Positions 38,713 to 48,623 are shown, numbered from the stretch's first letter. The stretch: 64,000 nucleotides of DNA from an uncultured bacterium (GCA_963807165.1 CAWDZM010000001.1:641471-705470); one strand, 5' to 3'. The notes: generated by a model not told the origin, from the sequence alone. Translations and numbers: made by a program.

Positions 38713-39065
38713 ATGGCACAAGGAGAAGTAATCAGCACTCCAGAGGAAGAAATTTTATTTACTCCAAGATGTAAAAATATCGCGCAGAACGTTCAAACAT
38801 ATAGTCGAGCGGCGCTCTATAAACGATGGATTTGGAGTGAGCTGGTATAAAAGACTTACTAAGAAGTGCGCAAGATATAGTGGACAATCCGGAGGCAGTT
38901 AATTAGAAATACGAATCTAGTAAAATATCCTGAGAGAAGTATGATTGGGAGGTTGGATTCAGGAATAGAAGCGGCGATAATGGTGGTCGTGGATTGATCT
39001 CTTGAGGGAGAAAAAAAGTTATAACAATATTTCTGAAAGAAAGGCGTCAATTTTTGGCTTAATAA
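38713..39065 (+). pseudogene. possible fragmented orphan ORF
   Basis: MAQGEVISTPEEEIL start followed by coding-like but broken frames, next to an indel-rich region. Confidence 0.25.
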
Positions 39066-39212
39066 AAAAAGAGCCCATAGCTTTGTATCTGGAGGGGCGG
39101 CATCAATACAATAGCGAGTGTGTTGATTTCCCTCATCGAAAACGCACCTTGCGATACGCCCCCGCAGTGGAAGCCTTTCTGCCGTCAGATACAAAATTAT
39201 GAGTTGTTTACC
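39064..39212 (-). ncRNA. candidate structured ncRNA
   Basis: Promoter TTGACG-17-TAGATT, an about 18-bp closing stem, internal hairpins and a terminal U7. The ATG at the predicted start gives only MVNNS*. Confidence 0.45.
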
Positions 39213-39395
39213 ATTTTAATCTACCTCGTCGCTATTCTTCCGTCAAATTTCTTTTAATCTTTATTTAATAACCTGCCCGCCGTCTGCTTGCCACCCATTT
39301 ACCACCCCCTTGTGCAGAAAACCCTTGATTTTGCTATACTAAAGGGGAGCTAAAATACAAAAGGTCGAGAAAAGAAACTAAATTTATCATCAATC

Positions 39396-39671
39396 ATGAA
39401 TAAAAAAGGATTAGTGGAAGCGGTCATGAAGGCAACGGGCATTGAAACGAAGGCAGCAACGGAGCGTGCGGTAGATGCGGTATTTGATACGATCGTAAAG
39501 ACCATGGGCCGCGGCGAGGAAGTCGCGATCACGGGCTTTGGAACGTTCCGCGTTGCCAAGCGCGCTGCGCGTGAAGGCCGCAACCCCAAGACCGGCGAAA
39601 AGATCCAGATCAAGGCTTCGATCAAGCCGAAGTTCCGCGCCGGCAAGCTTCTCAAAGAAGCAGTGCTGTAA
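39396..39671 (+). CDS. hup: DNA-binding protein HU
   Basis: MNKKGLV...GFGTF.V..RAAREGRNPKTGEKIQI.AS..PKFRAGK.LKEAV. Confidence 0.97.
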   Translation: MNKKGLVEAVMKATGIETKAATERAVDAVFDTIVKTMGRGEEVAITGFGTFRVAKRAAREGRNPKTGEKIQIKASIKPKFRAGKLLKEAVL

Positions 39672-39707
39672 TTGCTGAAAAAGGATCCTTCTTCAGTATC
39701 TTAAGAT

Positions 39708-39738
39708 GAAAAGCACCGCGTGAGGCGGTGTTTTTCAT
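39708..39738 (+). terminator. intrinsic terminator after HU
   Basis: TGAAAAGCACCGC-GTGAG-GCGGTGTTTTTCA. Confidence 0.8.
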
Positions 39739-39798
39739 ATCTAAAATATTTTTTGAAAATTTAAAGATAGTTAATGAGGGGTTGCTATAATTGCGAGC

Positions 39799-40212
39799 AT
39801 GCAAAACCCAAATAAAGAGGACCGTGCGTTATCCGAATTTATAGAAAGCCACGTATTTTTTATTAGGGGGATGAGGGTAGTGCTGAGTACGCATCTTGCT
39901 AACTTGTATGAAATTGAGCCTCGCGTCCTGATCCAGGCTGTAAAAAGAAACAAGGGTCGTTTCCCGCACTCTTCCTTATTTCAGCTTAATGCAATTGAAT
40001 TCAGCGCTTTAAAATCACAAATTGTGATTTTAAAACATAATAGAATTCGACGTTCTTTGCCATATGCCTTTACTGAGCAGGGTGTAGTGATCCTTGCGAG
40101 TGTTTTGCGAAGCAGTCGTGCAATCGCTATGAATGCCGCGATTATAAGGAATTTTGTCCGACCACATCGCCCCTATTTAAAGGCACGCATCATTGCTCCG
40201 GGGTTGTGGTAA
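39799..40212 (+). CDS. ORF6N domain DNA-binding protein (C-terminally short)
   Basis: IRG.RVVL...LA.LY......L.QAVKRN..RFP, LKSQIVI and PYAFTEQGV..LASVLRS.RAI..N..I.R.FV. Confidence 0.85.
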   Translation: MQNPNKEDRALSEFIESHVFFIRGMRVVLSTHLANLYEIEPRVLIQAVKRNKGRFPHSSLFQLNAIEFSALKSQIVILKHNRIRRSLPYAFTEQGVVILASVLRSSRAIAMNAAIIRNFVRPHRPYLKARIIAPGLW

Positions 40213-40222
40213 AATAGAACCA

Positions 40223-40690
40223 ATGGCAAAGTTTGAGATCACATGGGAAGCGCCGGAGTTTGAGTATCGCGAGAAGGACGTCTCGTGGTATTGGATATCT
40301 ATCATCGTGGCTGCGGCCATCATCGCATTTTCGGCGTGGCAAAAGGATTTTCTCTTCGGCCTTTTTATCGTCATCGCGGAAATGCTTTTTATTGTGTGGG
40401 GTAATCGCGTGCCGCAGGTGGTTCCCTTCACGTTGACGGACGTGGACGTAAGCATTGGGGGGTATAAAACCTATCTTATGAAAGAGTTCGAGAGCTGGAG
40501 CGCCGACACTGATGGTGTGGAATGGGCCGATGTGATGCTCCACTTCCGCTCACGCCTGCATCCGCCGCTCGCGCTCATCGTTCCGGAAGAGAAAATGACC
40601 GACCTGCGCAATAATCTTAAACTCGTGCTGAAAGAGATTGAGCACCAGCCCACGCTTATCGATTCCATTGAAAAATTCCTCCGTTTCTAG
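40223..40690 (+). CDS. conserved CPR-type two-TM membrane protein
   Basis: ITWEAPEFEYREK...WYW, two TMs and a C-terminal soluble domain. Confidence 0.75.
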   Translation: MAKFEITWEAPEFEYREKDVSWYWISIIVAAAIIAFSAWQKDFLFGLFIVIAEMLFIVWGNRVPQVVPFTLTDVDVSIGGYKTYLMKEFESWSADTDGVEWADVMLHFRSRLHPPLALIVPEEKMTDLRNNLKLVLKEIEHQPTLIDSIEKFLRF

Positions 40691-40718
40691 TATCCTTCAT
40701 CTGTCATACATACGAAGA

Positions 40719-40790
40719 GCCCTCGTCGTTCAACGGATAGGACGCAAGCTTGCGGAGCCTGTAATCGTGGTTCGATTCCACGCGGGGGCA
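40719..40790 (+). tRNA. tRNA-Arg(GCG)
   Basis: Acceptor GCCCTCG/CGGGGGC, anticodon arm CAAGC-TTGCGGA-GCCTG and T arm CGTGG-TTCGATT-CCACG. Confidence 0.9.
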
Positions 40791-40831
40791 CCTAGATAGA
40801 AATTCGCTACGCATATAGTATTATTAGAAAC

Positions 40832-41860
40832 ATGGCGAAGGAAGTTGGGAGGATGAATATGAAACGATGGTCTTGGGTTTTCGCGATCCTTGCGTGCGCG
40901 GGGAGTTTTTTGTTTGGGTGGTTTTTAAAACAAGTGACGACGGTCTTCACTGTGCCAAGCCCCATACGACTTACCGGATATCAATACATCAGTCCGCTCG
41001 TCAGTTGTAATTTGAGTAGTGTGGCAGCCTTTACGCAAGATCAACCAGTGGTCAACGCCATCCAATCGGCGATCGCGCAAGATAAAACCGCTGGCGATAT
41101 TACCGACGCATCCGTCTATTTTTCGGACTTCACAACAAATCAGTGGGCGAGCGTGAATGGCAGTGAAAAATATTATCCGGCGAGCTTGGGGAAGGTGCCA
41201 ATCATGATGGCGTATTATGCAATGGCGGAAAGCACGAGCAGTATTCTTGATGAGGAGAATAGCTATCCGACGAGCGCGCCGGATCTTAACCTTCAACAGG
41301 AGATCCCGCCGACGAGCGCCATCACTCCCGGACAGGAATATACGAACAAGCAACTTATCGAGTATATGATCAAATATTCCGACAATAATGCTGCGGATGT
41401 GCTGACCGCATATACCACTCCTGCCGAGTTACAGAATGTGTATAGCGTGTACTCGGACCTTAATATTCCGATAGACAACAATGTGACGGCGTCCACGAGC
41501 GACATCATGACGCCCCAGCAATATTCGATATTGTTCAAGGCGTTGTATAACGCTACCTATCTTTCCCGCGATGATTCAGAAAAGGCGCTCGCGCTCATGA
41601 CACAAACGACGTTCACGCAAGGACTTGTGGCGGGCGTGCCGAGCTCGACGGTTGTGTCGCACAAATATGGCTTGGCGTCATATCTTTCTGGCGGCGTGCC
41701 GACGCAGTGGGAGTTGCATGATTGTGGAATTGTGTACGCGCCGGGGAATCCCTATCTGCTTTGTGTGATGACGAAGGGGAATACGAGCATCGCCGCGCAG
41801 GAAAAAACGATCGCTGATATTTCGAGCGCGACGTATAATGCAGTAGAAGCGGGGAAGTAG
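40832..41860 (+). CDS. class A beta-lactamase-related serine hydrolase
   Basis: SxxK (ASLGK), SDN and HKYG motifs with an N-terminal TM. Confidence 0.88.
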   Translation: MAKEVGRMNMKRWSWVFAILACAGSFLFGWFLKQVTTVFTVPSPIRLTGYQYISPLVSCNLSSVAAFTQDQPVVNAIQSAIAQDKTAGDITDASVYFSDFTTNQWASVNGSEKYYPASLGKVPIMMAYYAMAESTSSILDEENSYPTSAPDLNLQQEIPPTSAITPGQEYTNKQLIEYMIKYSDNNAADVLTAYTTPAELQNVYSVYSDLNIPIDNNVTASTSDIMTPQQYSILFKALYNATYLSRDDSEKALALMTQTTFTQGLVAGVPSSTVVSHKYGLASYLSGGVPTQWELHDCGIVYAPGNPYLLCVMTKGNTSIAAQEKTIADISSATYNAVEAGK

Positions 41861-41909
41861 TCCATTAGGATTGATTTTTTTGCCAAGCTCTATATAATGA
41901 ATCCGTAAA

Positions 41910-41980
41910 GCGGGTATCGTATAACGGTATTACATCTGGTTGCCAATCAGACGACAGGGGTCCGACTCCCCTTACCCGCT
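41910..41980 (+). tRNA. tRNA-Gly(GCC)
   Basis: Acceptor GCGGGTA/TACCCGC, anticodon arm TCTGG-TTGCCAA-TCAGA and T arm AGGGG-TCCGACT-CCCCT. Confidence 0.92.
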
Positions 41981-42074
41981 CACTCACCAGCAGAACGAGC
42001 GCTGGATGATAATAAGCTTGACTCATTGATAAAAAGGGCATAAAAAGTGGGTAGGTCTTCTCACGGAGGAAAAT

Positions 42075-42791
42075 ATGAACAATGGAATCCCGGCGTCACT
42101 TTTGCCGATCATTGAAACATGGAAAGCTCCACAAGAGGGAATGTCGCATGTGGTCCGGTGGTTGAAGTATCACAACGATGAGCCTGGCGTTCGGCGGCAG
42201 GATTCGTCCCAGCATACTATTTCGATTGTCGTCCTTGCGATGATTGTGGTAGCTGTTTTGCGGAAATATATCCCGCTTGATGGGTGGCTTCTCACCGATG
42301 CATTCTCTCTGCACGATCTTGGTGAGGGAGAGTGCAAAAAGGATACTCACTATATCGACAAATCTGTTACCGGAGATCTTGAGGAATATTTAGCCTTCCG
42401 GCAGCGCTATGAATTTTTAGGCCCAGTCGTGTTCGAGTCTCTCCATCCTGCGTTTCTATTGCAGTTTGCAGCGAAGAACCCGAGTATTTTCCCTAAAGAT
42501 GCACAGCGCATTATGGCAGATCTTTGTCGGGATTATCCCATGGAGATACTCGTATTCGATGCTATTGAGCGATGGGATTATGTTCTCTATGCGCTCGAGC
42601 AATATCACGAGCGGGGGAATGAAAAGATTCTGACGCAGGTTCTCCGGCATCAGGTTCCACATCTTGATGTCCTGGCGGTAGAGCTTCCTGGTTTTGGGGT
42701 TGAAATCTGGAAGTCCGAGATTTCCCTATGGGCTCATGATTTTCTGAAAGCTCACGAGGGCCAATGGATCGAGCAGAAAAGCGCGGCATAA
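42075..42791 (+). CDS. HD-domain phosphohydrolase (YfbR/HD_3-like)
   Basis: RW.......RRQDSSQH motif and LHDLGE. SD GGAGG. Terminator at about 42801-42837. Confidence 0.7.
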   Translation: MNNGIPASLLPIIETWKAPQEGMSHVVRWLKYHNDEPGVRRQDSSQHTISIVVLAMIVVAVLRKYIPLDGWLLTDAFSLHDLGEGECKKDTHYIDKSVTGDLEEYLAFRQRYEFLGPVVFESLHPAFLLQFAAKNPSIFPKDAQRIMADLCRDYPMEILVFDAIERWDYVLYALEQYHERGNEKILTQVLRHQVPHLDVLAVELPGFGVEIWKSEISLWAHDFLKAHEGQWIEQKSAA

Positions 42792-42858
42792 TGATGCCCA
42801 GGGCTGCAGACACTTTCCGTGTTTGCAGCCTTTTTTTACTTAGAGTAAAATCTAGGGA

Positions 42859-43452
42859 ATGATTCTCTCCGACCGCGATATTAAAAAAGCGTTAAAATCT
42901 GGGCGCATTTCCGTCGCGCCGCTGTTCCCGCACGCGATACAACCGGCATCGATCGATCTTCATCTCGGCGCGGATTTTTTGGTGTTCCGCACCAACCAGG
43001 ATATTTGCATCGATCCCAAAGAGCCGATCGATCACATGATGGAGAAGGCAACGATCAACGATAAAAAACAATTCATCATTCATCCGGGTGAATTTGCGCT
43101 TGGCATGATCTACGAAGTGGTAGGCGTCGGCGATGATATGGTGGGACGGCTTGAGGGCAAGTCATCGCTTGGACGCATCGGTCTTATCATTCACGCGACG
43201 GCAGGATATCTCGATCCGGGAAATAAATTAAAGATGACGCTCGAGCTACACAACGTCTCACCGCTTCCGATCAAGCTATACTATAAAATGCCGATCGCGC
43301 AGATGTCGTTCACGCCACTCTCTTCTCCGGCAGATCATCCCTATGGCAAAAAAGCGCTAGGCAGTAAATATTACGGCGCGATGAAGCCGCAGGCATCGCA
43401 ATACTGGAAGAATTTTAAGAAGAATAATCAGTGGATGAAATTTGGAAAATAA
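42859..43452 (+). CDS. dcd: dCTP deaminase
   Basis: MILSDRDI, IQPASIDLHL, LEGKSSLGRIGL..HATAG..DPG and TLEL. Confidence 0.95.
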   Translation: MILSDRDIKKALKSGRISVAPLFPHAIQPASIDLHLGADFLVFRTNQDICIDPKEPIDHMMEKATINDKKQFIIHPGEFALGMIYEVVGVGDDMVGRLEGKSSLGRIGLIIHATAGYLDPGNKLKMTLELHNVSPLPIKLYYKMPIAQMSFTPLSSPADHPYGKKALGSKYYGAMKPQASQYWKNFKKNNQWMKFGK

Positions 43453-43462
43453 TCTGCGCAAT

Positions 43463-45142
43463 ATGAACAACGAAGCATATCGTCCGGATTTTCCAGGTGA
43501 TACATGGACCGACGAAGAGCGATTTCTGCTTAGGCCTTTTGTAAGCAATCTTGATGGATTCATCTCGGTCTTACGCAATCTTCCGCCGGAGATCGTCGGC
43601 GCGCTGTGCTCACGCGCGAGCCGCGCAAGCGGATCACTCGTACGGATCTTGCACGACGAATACCTCAAGCCAATCATCGATAGCGATCCAAAGCTTGGCG
43701 AGGAATTAAAGCAGACGATCACATTCCTCGAAGAGCACGGGTTTAAGAATATCCTAAACAACCAACGCGCGCAGGCGTTCTATGTAAAGTGGCTTTCGCA
43801 GTACGGCGACGATTCGATTGCACAAATGACAGGCACCCACGTGGCGTTCTGGGGTATTTCGCAGGTGGCGATGAAGTATCTGGAGGATCAGCGCATCGGC
43901 CTGGAGCCGATCGAGAAGTCTACGCGCTACGTGAGCTTTGCCAAGAAGGTGGGCGGGAGTTATTTATATTACACACCAAAGCCGGATCTTGAGGCGCTTG
44001 GTTTATTGAACGAGTATCGCGTTGCGATGGACAATCTTTTTGAGACATACGCCACGCTCGTGGAGGAACTGAAGGTGTGGCTTAAGGCGAACTATGAGGA
44101 GAAGGATGGTGTGCTAGAGAAGAAAGCATTCGATACATTGCGTGGTATGTTGCCGATGGCAACGCTCGGTCAGGTCGGGTTTCGTGGCAATGCGCAGGCG
44201 CTCGAATACGCAGTGAATCGCATGGCCGCGCACGAGCTCGGCGAGTTCCGCTGGATCTCGGAAACGCTTCGGGGGGAGTTGGATAAAGAAATTCCATCAC
44301 TTCTGCTCCGGTTGCAGGATGAGAAATCTCACGAGTATCAACGCTATCTTGGCAATCGCCTGCAGGTTACGCGGGATTTTGTGAAGACGTCGCATCCGGA
44401 TATGGTACCTGCCGACGAGGCCGCGCCCGCAACAGGTCCAGCCGTGAAGCTTGTTGAGTATGATGCCGATGCGGAGACGAAAGTGCTCGCGGGAATATTG
44501 TATGCGGCAAGCCACACAGAATGGGAAGCGTGCATCGCAAAAGCAAAAAAACTTTCGCCTGATGAGAAAGAAAAGTTGCTTGGTGCGTATCTCTCGGGGC
44601 GCACCCAGCGTTGGCACAAAGTGGGCCGTGCCTTCGAGAACAGCTACGTGCGCTTCGATATCCTGATGGACATCGGCGCGTACCGCGATCTGCACCGCCA
44701 CCGGATGATGACGCAGGAGCGCCAGCTTTTTACCGTGCGCCATGGATATGATGTGCCGCAGGAACTTGTCTGGGCTGGGCTTGATAAGCGCTATAAAGAA
44801 ACACTGGAATCCATCGTCCCACTCTTCAAAAAGTTAGAAGCCCATTCTCCGGAACTCGCGCAATACGTGGTGCCGCTCGCGTATCGTGTGCGGTTTCAAC
44901 AATATCAGAATTTGCGCCAGTTCTTCTGGGAAGCGGAACTTCGCACCGGGCCGCAAGGACATCCGAACTACCGTTTTATCGAACAGGAAAAATTCCGGTT
45001 ATTAAAAGACAAGCTTCCGCTCATCAGTAAGGCGATGATTGTTGATATGAACGATTACAGTTTTGCTCGACGCGGCACTGAAGAAGCAATTCTCGCAAAA
45101 GAAGAAAAACTACGCAATCGCTTGCAGGGGAAGAGTGAATAG
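43463..45142 (+). CDS. thyX: FAD-dependent thymidylate synthase, tandem-domain type
   Basis: YGDDSIAQ, EKSTRYV, AFDTLRG.LP.AT, second-domain RDLHRHR and ELRT.PQGH..YR. Confidence 0.9.
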   Translation: MNNEAYRPDFPGDTWTDEERFLLRPFVSNLDGFISVLRNLPPEIVGALCSRASRASGSLVRILHDEYLKPIIDSDPKLGEELKQTITFLEEHGFKNILNNQRAQAFYVKWLSQYGDDSIAQMTGTHVAFWGISQVAMKYLEDQRIGLEPIEKSTRYVSFAKKVGGSYLYYTPKPDLEALGLLNEYRVAMDNLFETYATLVEELKVWLKANYEEKDGVLEKKAFDTLRGMLPMATLGQVGFRGNAQALEYAVNRMAAHELGEFRWISETLRGELDKEIPSLLLRLQDEKSHEYQRYLGNRLQVTRDFVKTSHPDMVPADEAAPATGPAVKLVEYDADAETKVLAGILYAASHTEWEACIAKAKKLSPDEKEKLLGAYLSGRTQRWHKVGRAFENSYVRFDILMDIGAYRDLHRHRMMTQERQLFTVRHGYDVPQELVWAGLDKRYKETLESIVPLFKKLEAHSPELAQYVVPLAYRVRFQQYQNLRQFFWEAELRTGPQGHPNYRFIEQEKFRLLKDKLPLISKAMIVDMNDYSFARRGTEEAILAKEEKLRNRLQGKSE

Positions 45143-45163
45143 AGAGTAAATTGTTATGGTGCG

Positions 45164-45844
45164 TTACAGCCCGAGCGTTTTTTGTGCGATCACCCAAACT
45201 TTTTCGTGCACTTCGTCGATGGAGAGCAATCTTCCGTCCTCCACGCATTCGACGACGGTAAAATCTTTAGGGAATAGTTCTGCGATCTCTAGATATATTT
45301 TTTCGGTTTTCTGGAGATGGGAGAGGTCGGCCTCGTGAATATCTTTTTTTAGCGGAGCAGTTTCTGTTGCCGCTCTTTTTTTTCTGAGCTCAAGCGATAT
45401 CTCCGCGGGCATATGTAAAATGATGTTCAAATCCGGCTTCGGGATTTTTAATGTTCCATATTCGAGATCATAAAGCCATTGGAAGAACGCAAGGCGCTCA
45501 TCTTTGTTCTCAATTTTTGATCCTTGGTGGCCCATGTTCGAGCCAACGAAACGATCGAGCACAATCATTTCCCCTGCGCGAAGCCACGGATTCAATCTCT
45601 TTGCACTCGCGTCATAGCGATCCATCGCATAAAAAAGAGAAGCCTCATGCGGGCCTATCGTGTCCAATGTCCCATAATCTCCCGCGAGATATTCGCGGAC
45701 GAAATAAGATGAAGGTTCTTCGTATTGAGGGAAGTGGGTGGTATGCAGTGCGACTCCCGGAGGGATTTTTGCAATAAGCCGTTTGAACTGTTCGCTCTTT
45801 CCCGATCCGTCCGGTCCTTCAATAACGATAAATTTTCCGTTCAT
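45164..45844 (-). CDS. tmk: thymidylate kinase
   Basis: FIVIEGPDGSGKS, FP.Y, LFYAMDR, LDRFVGSN.GHQG and PKPDL. Confidence 0.93.
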   Translation of the reverse strand: MNGKFIVIEGPDGSGKSEQFKRLIAKIPPGVALHTTHFPQYEEPSSYFVREYLAGDYGTLDTIGPHEASLFYAMDRYDASAKRLNPWLRAGEMIVLDRFVGSNMGHQGSKIENKDERLAFFQWLYDLEYGTLKIPKPDLNIILHMPAEISLELRKKRAATETAPLKKDIHEADLSHLQKTEKIYLEIAELFPKDFTVVECVEDGRLLSIDEVHEKVWVIAQKTLGL

Positions 45845-45944
45845 ATTCTCTATAGTATACTTGCTTTGCCCGTCAGACCCAAAAGCGCTATAATAGACGT
45901 ATATAAGATGCCCTATGTTGTGTGGGGCATTTTTGATAGAAAAC

Positions 45945-45973
45945 CGTAACTTATCCACATATTTAACGTTCTA
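45945..45973 (+). promoter_or_regulatory. putative ECF-type promoter containing a DnaA box
   Basis: GTAAC-16-CGTTCTA immediately upstream of the ECF sigma gene. TTATCCACA at 45951-45959. Confidence 0.45.
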
Positions 45974-45974
45974 A

Positions 45975-46550
45975 ATGATAGACGGTGAGGAAGAACAACT
46001 CATTCGGTCAGCCGTCGGGGGCGATTCCTCGGCTTTTGGCTCTCTCTACGACCGTTATCAACCGGCAATTTACCGTTTTATTGTGGTCAAAGTTGGTAGC
46101 CGTGAGGAAGCCGAGGATATCACCCATCACGTGTTCCTATCTGCGTGGCAGAATGTAGGCAGCTACAAACACCGCGGACATCCGTTCTCGAGCTGGCTCT
46201 ACCAGATCGCGCGGAACATGGTGATCGACCACTATCGTGCCAAGAAGGACGATGTGAGTCTCGACAAGTTGGATCCGGAGTCTTCTATTATTCCCGCCGT
46301 CGCGCAGTCGGATCTTTCGGTCAAGATGCAGCTCGAGAAGGTGTCTATCGCCATCGCGGAGCTGAAGCCGGATTATCAAGACGTTATCATTCTACGATTC
46401 GTTGAAGATTTGCCGCTCAAGGAAGTGGCGGCGATCCTCAAAAAATCGGAAGGTGCCATAAAGCTTGCCCAGCATCGCGCCATCAAAGAATTAAAAAAGA
46501 AATTGGGTGATGGGGAGGGCGGCAATTATTACGAAGATGAAATTATCTGA
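45975..46550 (+). CDS. ECF RNA polymerase sigma factor
   Basis: AF..LYDRY...IYRF, AEDIT..VFL.AW, FSSWLYQIARN.VIDHYR and a region 4 HTH. Confidence 0.93.
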   Translation: MIDGEEEQLIRSAVGGDSSAFGSLYDRYQPAIYRFIVVKVGSREEAEDITHHVFLSAWQNVGSYKHRGHPFSSWLYQIARNMVIDHYRAKKDDVSLDKLDPESSIIPAVAQSDLSVKMQLEKVSIAIAELKPDYQDVIILRFVEDLPLKEVAAILKKSEGAIKLAQHRAIKELKKKLGDGEGGNYYEDEII

Positions 46551-47061
46551 AATCCTTAAACAATTTAAACAGATAGAACCCGGCGCGGAATATTCAGAAC
46601 ATTCCCGTACGGAGATTTTGCTTTCTCCGCAGGTAGCGCCGCGCACATGGCGTAGCGTGTTCACGGTGCTGCATATGATCGAGACGGGAGCTGCCGTGGC
46701 GATCGCCGGATTTTTCATATTTATATTAGCGGGAAGTTTTTCGCCGACGCGTTCGATTGCGCCGATCCAGTATGCGGTGATCGATCCTGCCGGCTTGCAT
46801 GCGGAGGCGCAGGCGATCGATATGCAGATCCAACTGGCTGACGTGGAATATCCGCAGGTGACTTCTACGCCTTCCTCTAGTATTTCCACAATAGCCACGA
46901 CTACTCCGGCGCTTCCGGCGAGCGCGTTTGCTCCTGCCGTTGCGCCGCAGTCCACGCCTTCATCCTCCGTTTCCGCAGCACCTGCGACGACGGCTTCGAC
47001 CTCGACTGCGTCTACCACTATTCTTTCCGTCGACCAGGTATTACAGCAACTTTCACAATGA
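46537..47061 (+). CDS. putative anti-sigma membrane protein
   Basis: Overlaps the sigma gene. LKQFKQIEP..EY N-terminus, one TM and a Ser/Thr-rich tail. Confidence 0.6.
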   Translation: MKLSEILKQFKQIEPGAEYSEHSRTEILLSPQVAPRTWRSVFTVLHMIETGAAVAIAGFFIFILAGSFSPTRSIAPIQYAVIDPAGLHAEAQAIDMQIQLADVEYPQVTSTPSSSISTIATTTPALPASAFAPAVAPQSTPSSSVSAAPATTASTSTASTTILSVDQVLQQLSQ

Positions 47062-47846
47062 TGAATAAAAAAACCATGACGGCAAGCGCGGTGGCGATTA
47101 TTTGCGCCGCCGTTTTTGGCATCGTGGCGTTGCATGTGCCGAGCGCGCATGCGGCGACCGCAGTGAACGCCGACTGCGGCATCACCGCGGCGGACCTTGC
47201 TCAGATAACGGCGATACAGAACGATCCTTCACTGAGCCCTTCTGATGAAATAAAGCAGGAGCTTGCGGTGCGAAAGCAGTTGGTGGGCGTAACGATCGTC
47301 TGTGCGGAACAGGAGACACAATTGCTCCATACCAATTTGCAGAACGCGTCCGTAGAGAGCGACATGCAATCGTTGCAGTCACAGATGTTGGGCAATCTTA
47401 ACCAGTCAAGCGATTTTTATAATACGGAGCTGACGAAGCTCGGCGTGGTCGGCATTGCGGGTACTAAGGCGATCGCGCAGGAAGTTTTTGCATGGCGCGC
47501 GAACGTATTCGTTCCGCAAAGTGAGGGCGCCAACAATCTTATGCTTTGGAGCAAGAATCAAAGCCTCTTTACTACCGCACAGACGAGGATGACGCAGACA
47601 CAACAGGCGGTGTCATATCTTGAAGGCGTGACGCCGAACGCGAGTCTCCAGACCGCATTCGCCGCAGCGCAGGCATCATTTAGTGACGCGCAAACCGAGA
47701 ATGCGGCCGCCAAGACCGCACTCCTCACGAGCGTCGCCCCGGATCAAACGTACGCGCTCATTAAGAAATCCCTCGCATCACTTTCCGACACCTACGATAG
47801 TTTTTCGACCGTGAGCGCTATTATTAAAAAAAATCTCCCACAATAG
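47058..47846 (+). CDS. secreted alpha-helical hypothetical protein
   Basis: Signal peptide (AHA cleavage). ATGA overlap with the upstream gene. Confidence 0.7.
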   Translation: MMNKKTMTASAVAIICAAVFGIVALHVPSAHAATAVNADCGITAADLAQITAIQNDPSLSPSDEIKQELAVRKQLVGVTIVCAEQETQLLHTNLQNASVESDMQSLQSQMLGNLNQSSDFYNTELTKLGVVGIAGTKAIAQEVFAWRANVFVPQSEGANNLMLWSKNQSLFTTAQTRMTQTQQAVSYLEGVTPNASLQTAFAAAQASFSDAQTENAAAKTALLTSVAPDQTYALIKKSLASLSDTYDSFSTVSAIIKKNLPQ

Positions 47847-47929
47847 CCTGTAGATAATATAAATAAAAAAGAGGATGGCTATTGAGCGAGTGGACGTGCT
47901 TACGTCGGAGCGAGATAGCATCCTCTTTT

Positions 47930-48623
47930 TTATGCTTTTGCGACGGCGACGGCGATGATCTTTTTTGCTCCGCCGGATTTGAGGACGCGGGCGGCTTCGG
48001 TGAATGTGGTGCCGGAGGTGGTGACGTCATCGATGAGGAGGATTTTTTTGTCTCGCAATGCTTTTATCGCGCCGTCCGCGAGTGCAAAGCAGTCGCGGAC
48101 ATTTTCGCGGCGTTCGAAGATATCTTCGGTTTCACTTTGCGGCTTGCGGTGCTGGACGCGCGCGAGGAGGTGTTCCTCGCAGGGGATGCCGAGCGCGCGG
48201 GCAAACGGCCTGGCGATGAGCGCCGATTGGTTGAACCCGCGCGCGCGGGCGCGCTTTGTTGAGAGGGGAATGGGAACTGCGATAAAGTCATGCAAATCAA
48301 GACCGAGCCGCGCAACGTATCCGACGAGGATTTCCGCAAGTGGTTCTGCCGCGCCCGCGATCCCTTGGAATTTGAGCGCGTGAATAAGCGCGCGCAAGGG
48401 CTTCGTCGTCATAGCGCCCGGCGGCGCCGAGCAGGTACGGCGCATCTTTATGGCAGATTTTTTTCTGTTCCGGCAGGCGCGCGGCGCAGGTGCCGCAGAA
48501 GAGCGTGTCGAACCCATCGATGCTTTGCCGGCACGCAGCACAGATCGCCCCGTTTGGGATGGAATCGCCGCATCCCACGCACGCGGGCGGGAAAAAAATG
48601 TCTCCGAAGAAGTTGATATTCAT
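47930..48623 (-). CDS. comF: ComF family competence protein (one frameshift near 48410)
   Basis: N-terminal FPPACVGC..C..C zinc ribbon, VPIPLS..R.R.RGFNQS and ILLIDDVTTSGTT. Confidence 0.88.

Noticed and set aside
11400-48420. Programmed frameshifting or phase variation in the pilin (about 11410) and comF (about 48410)
   Set aside because: There are no long homopolymer or slippery tracts at the shifts, and similar indels cluster elsewhere, consistent with sequencing error.
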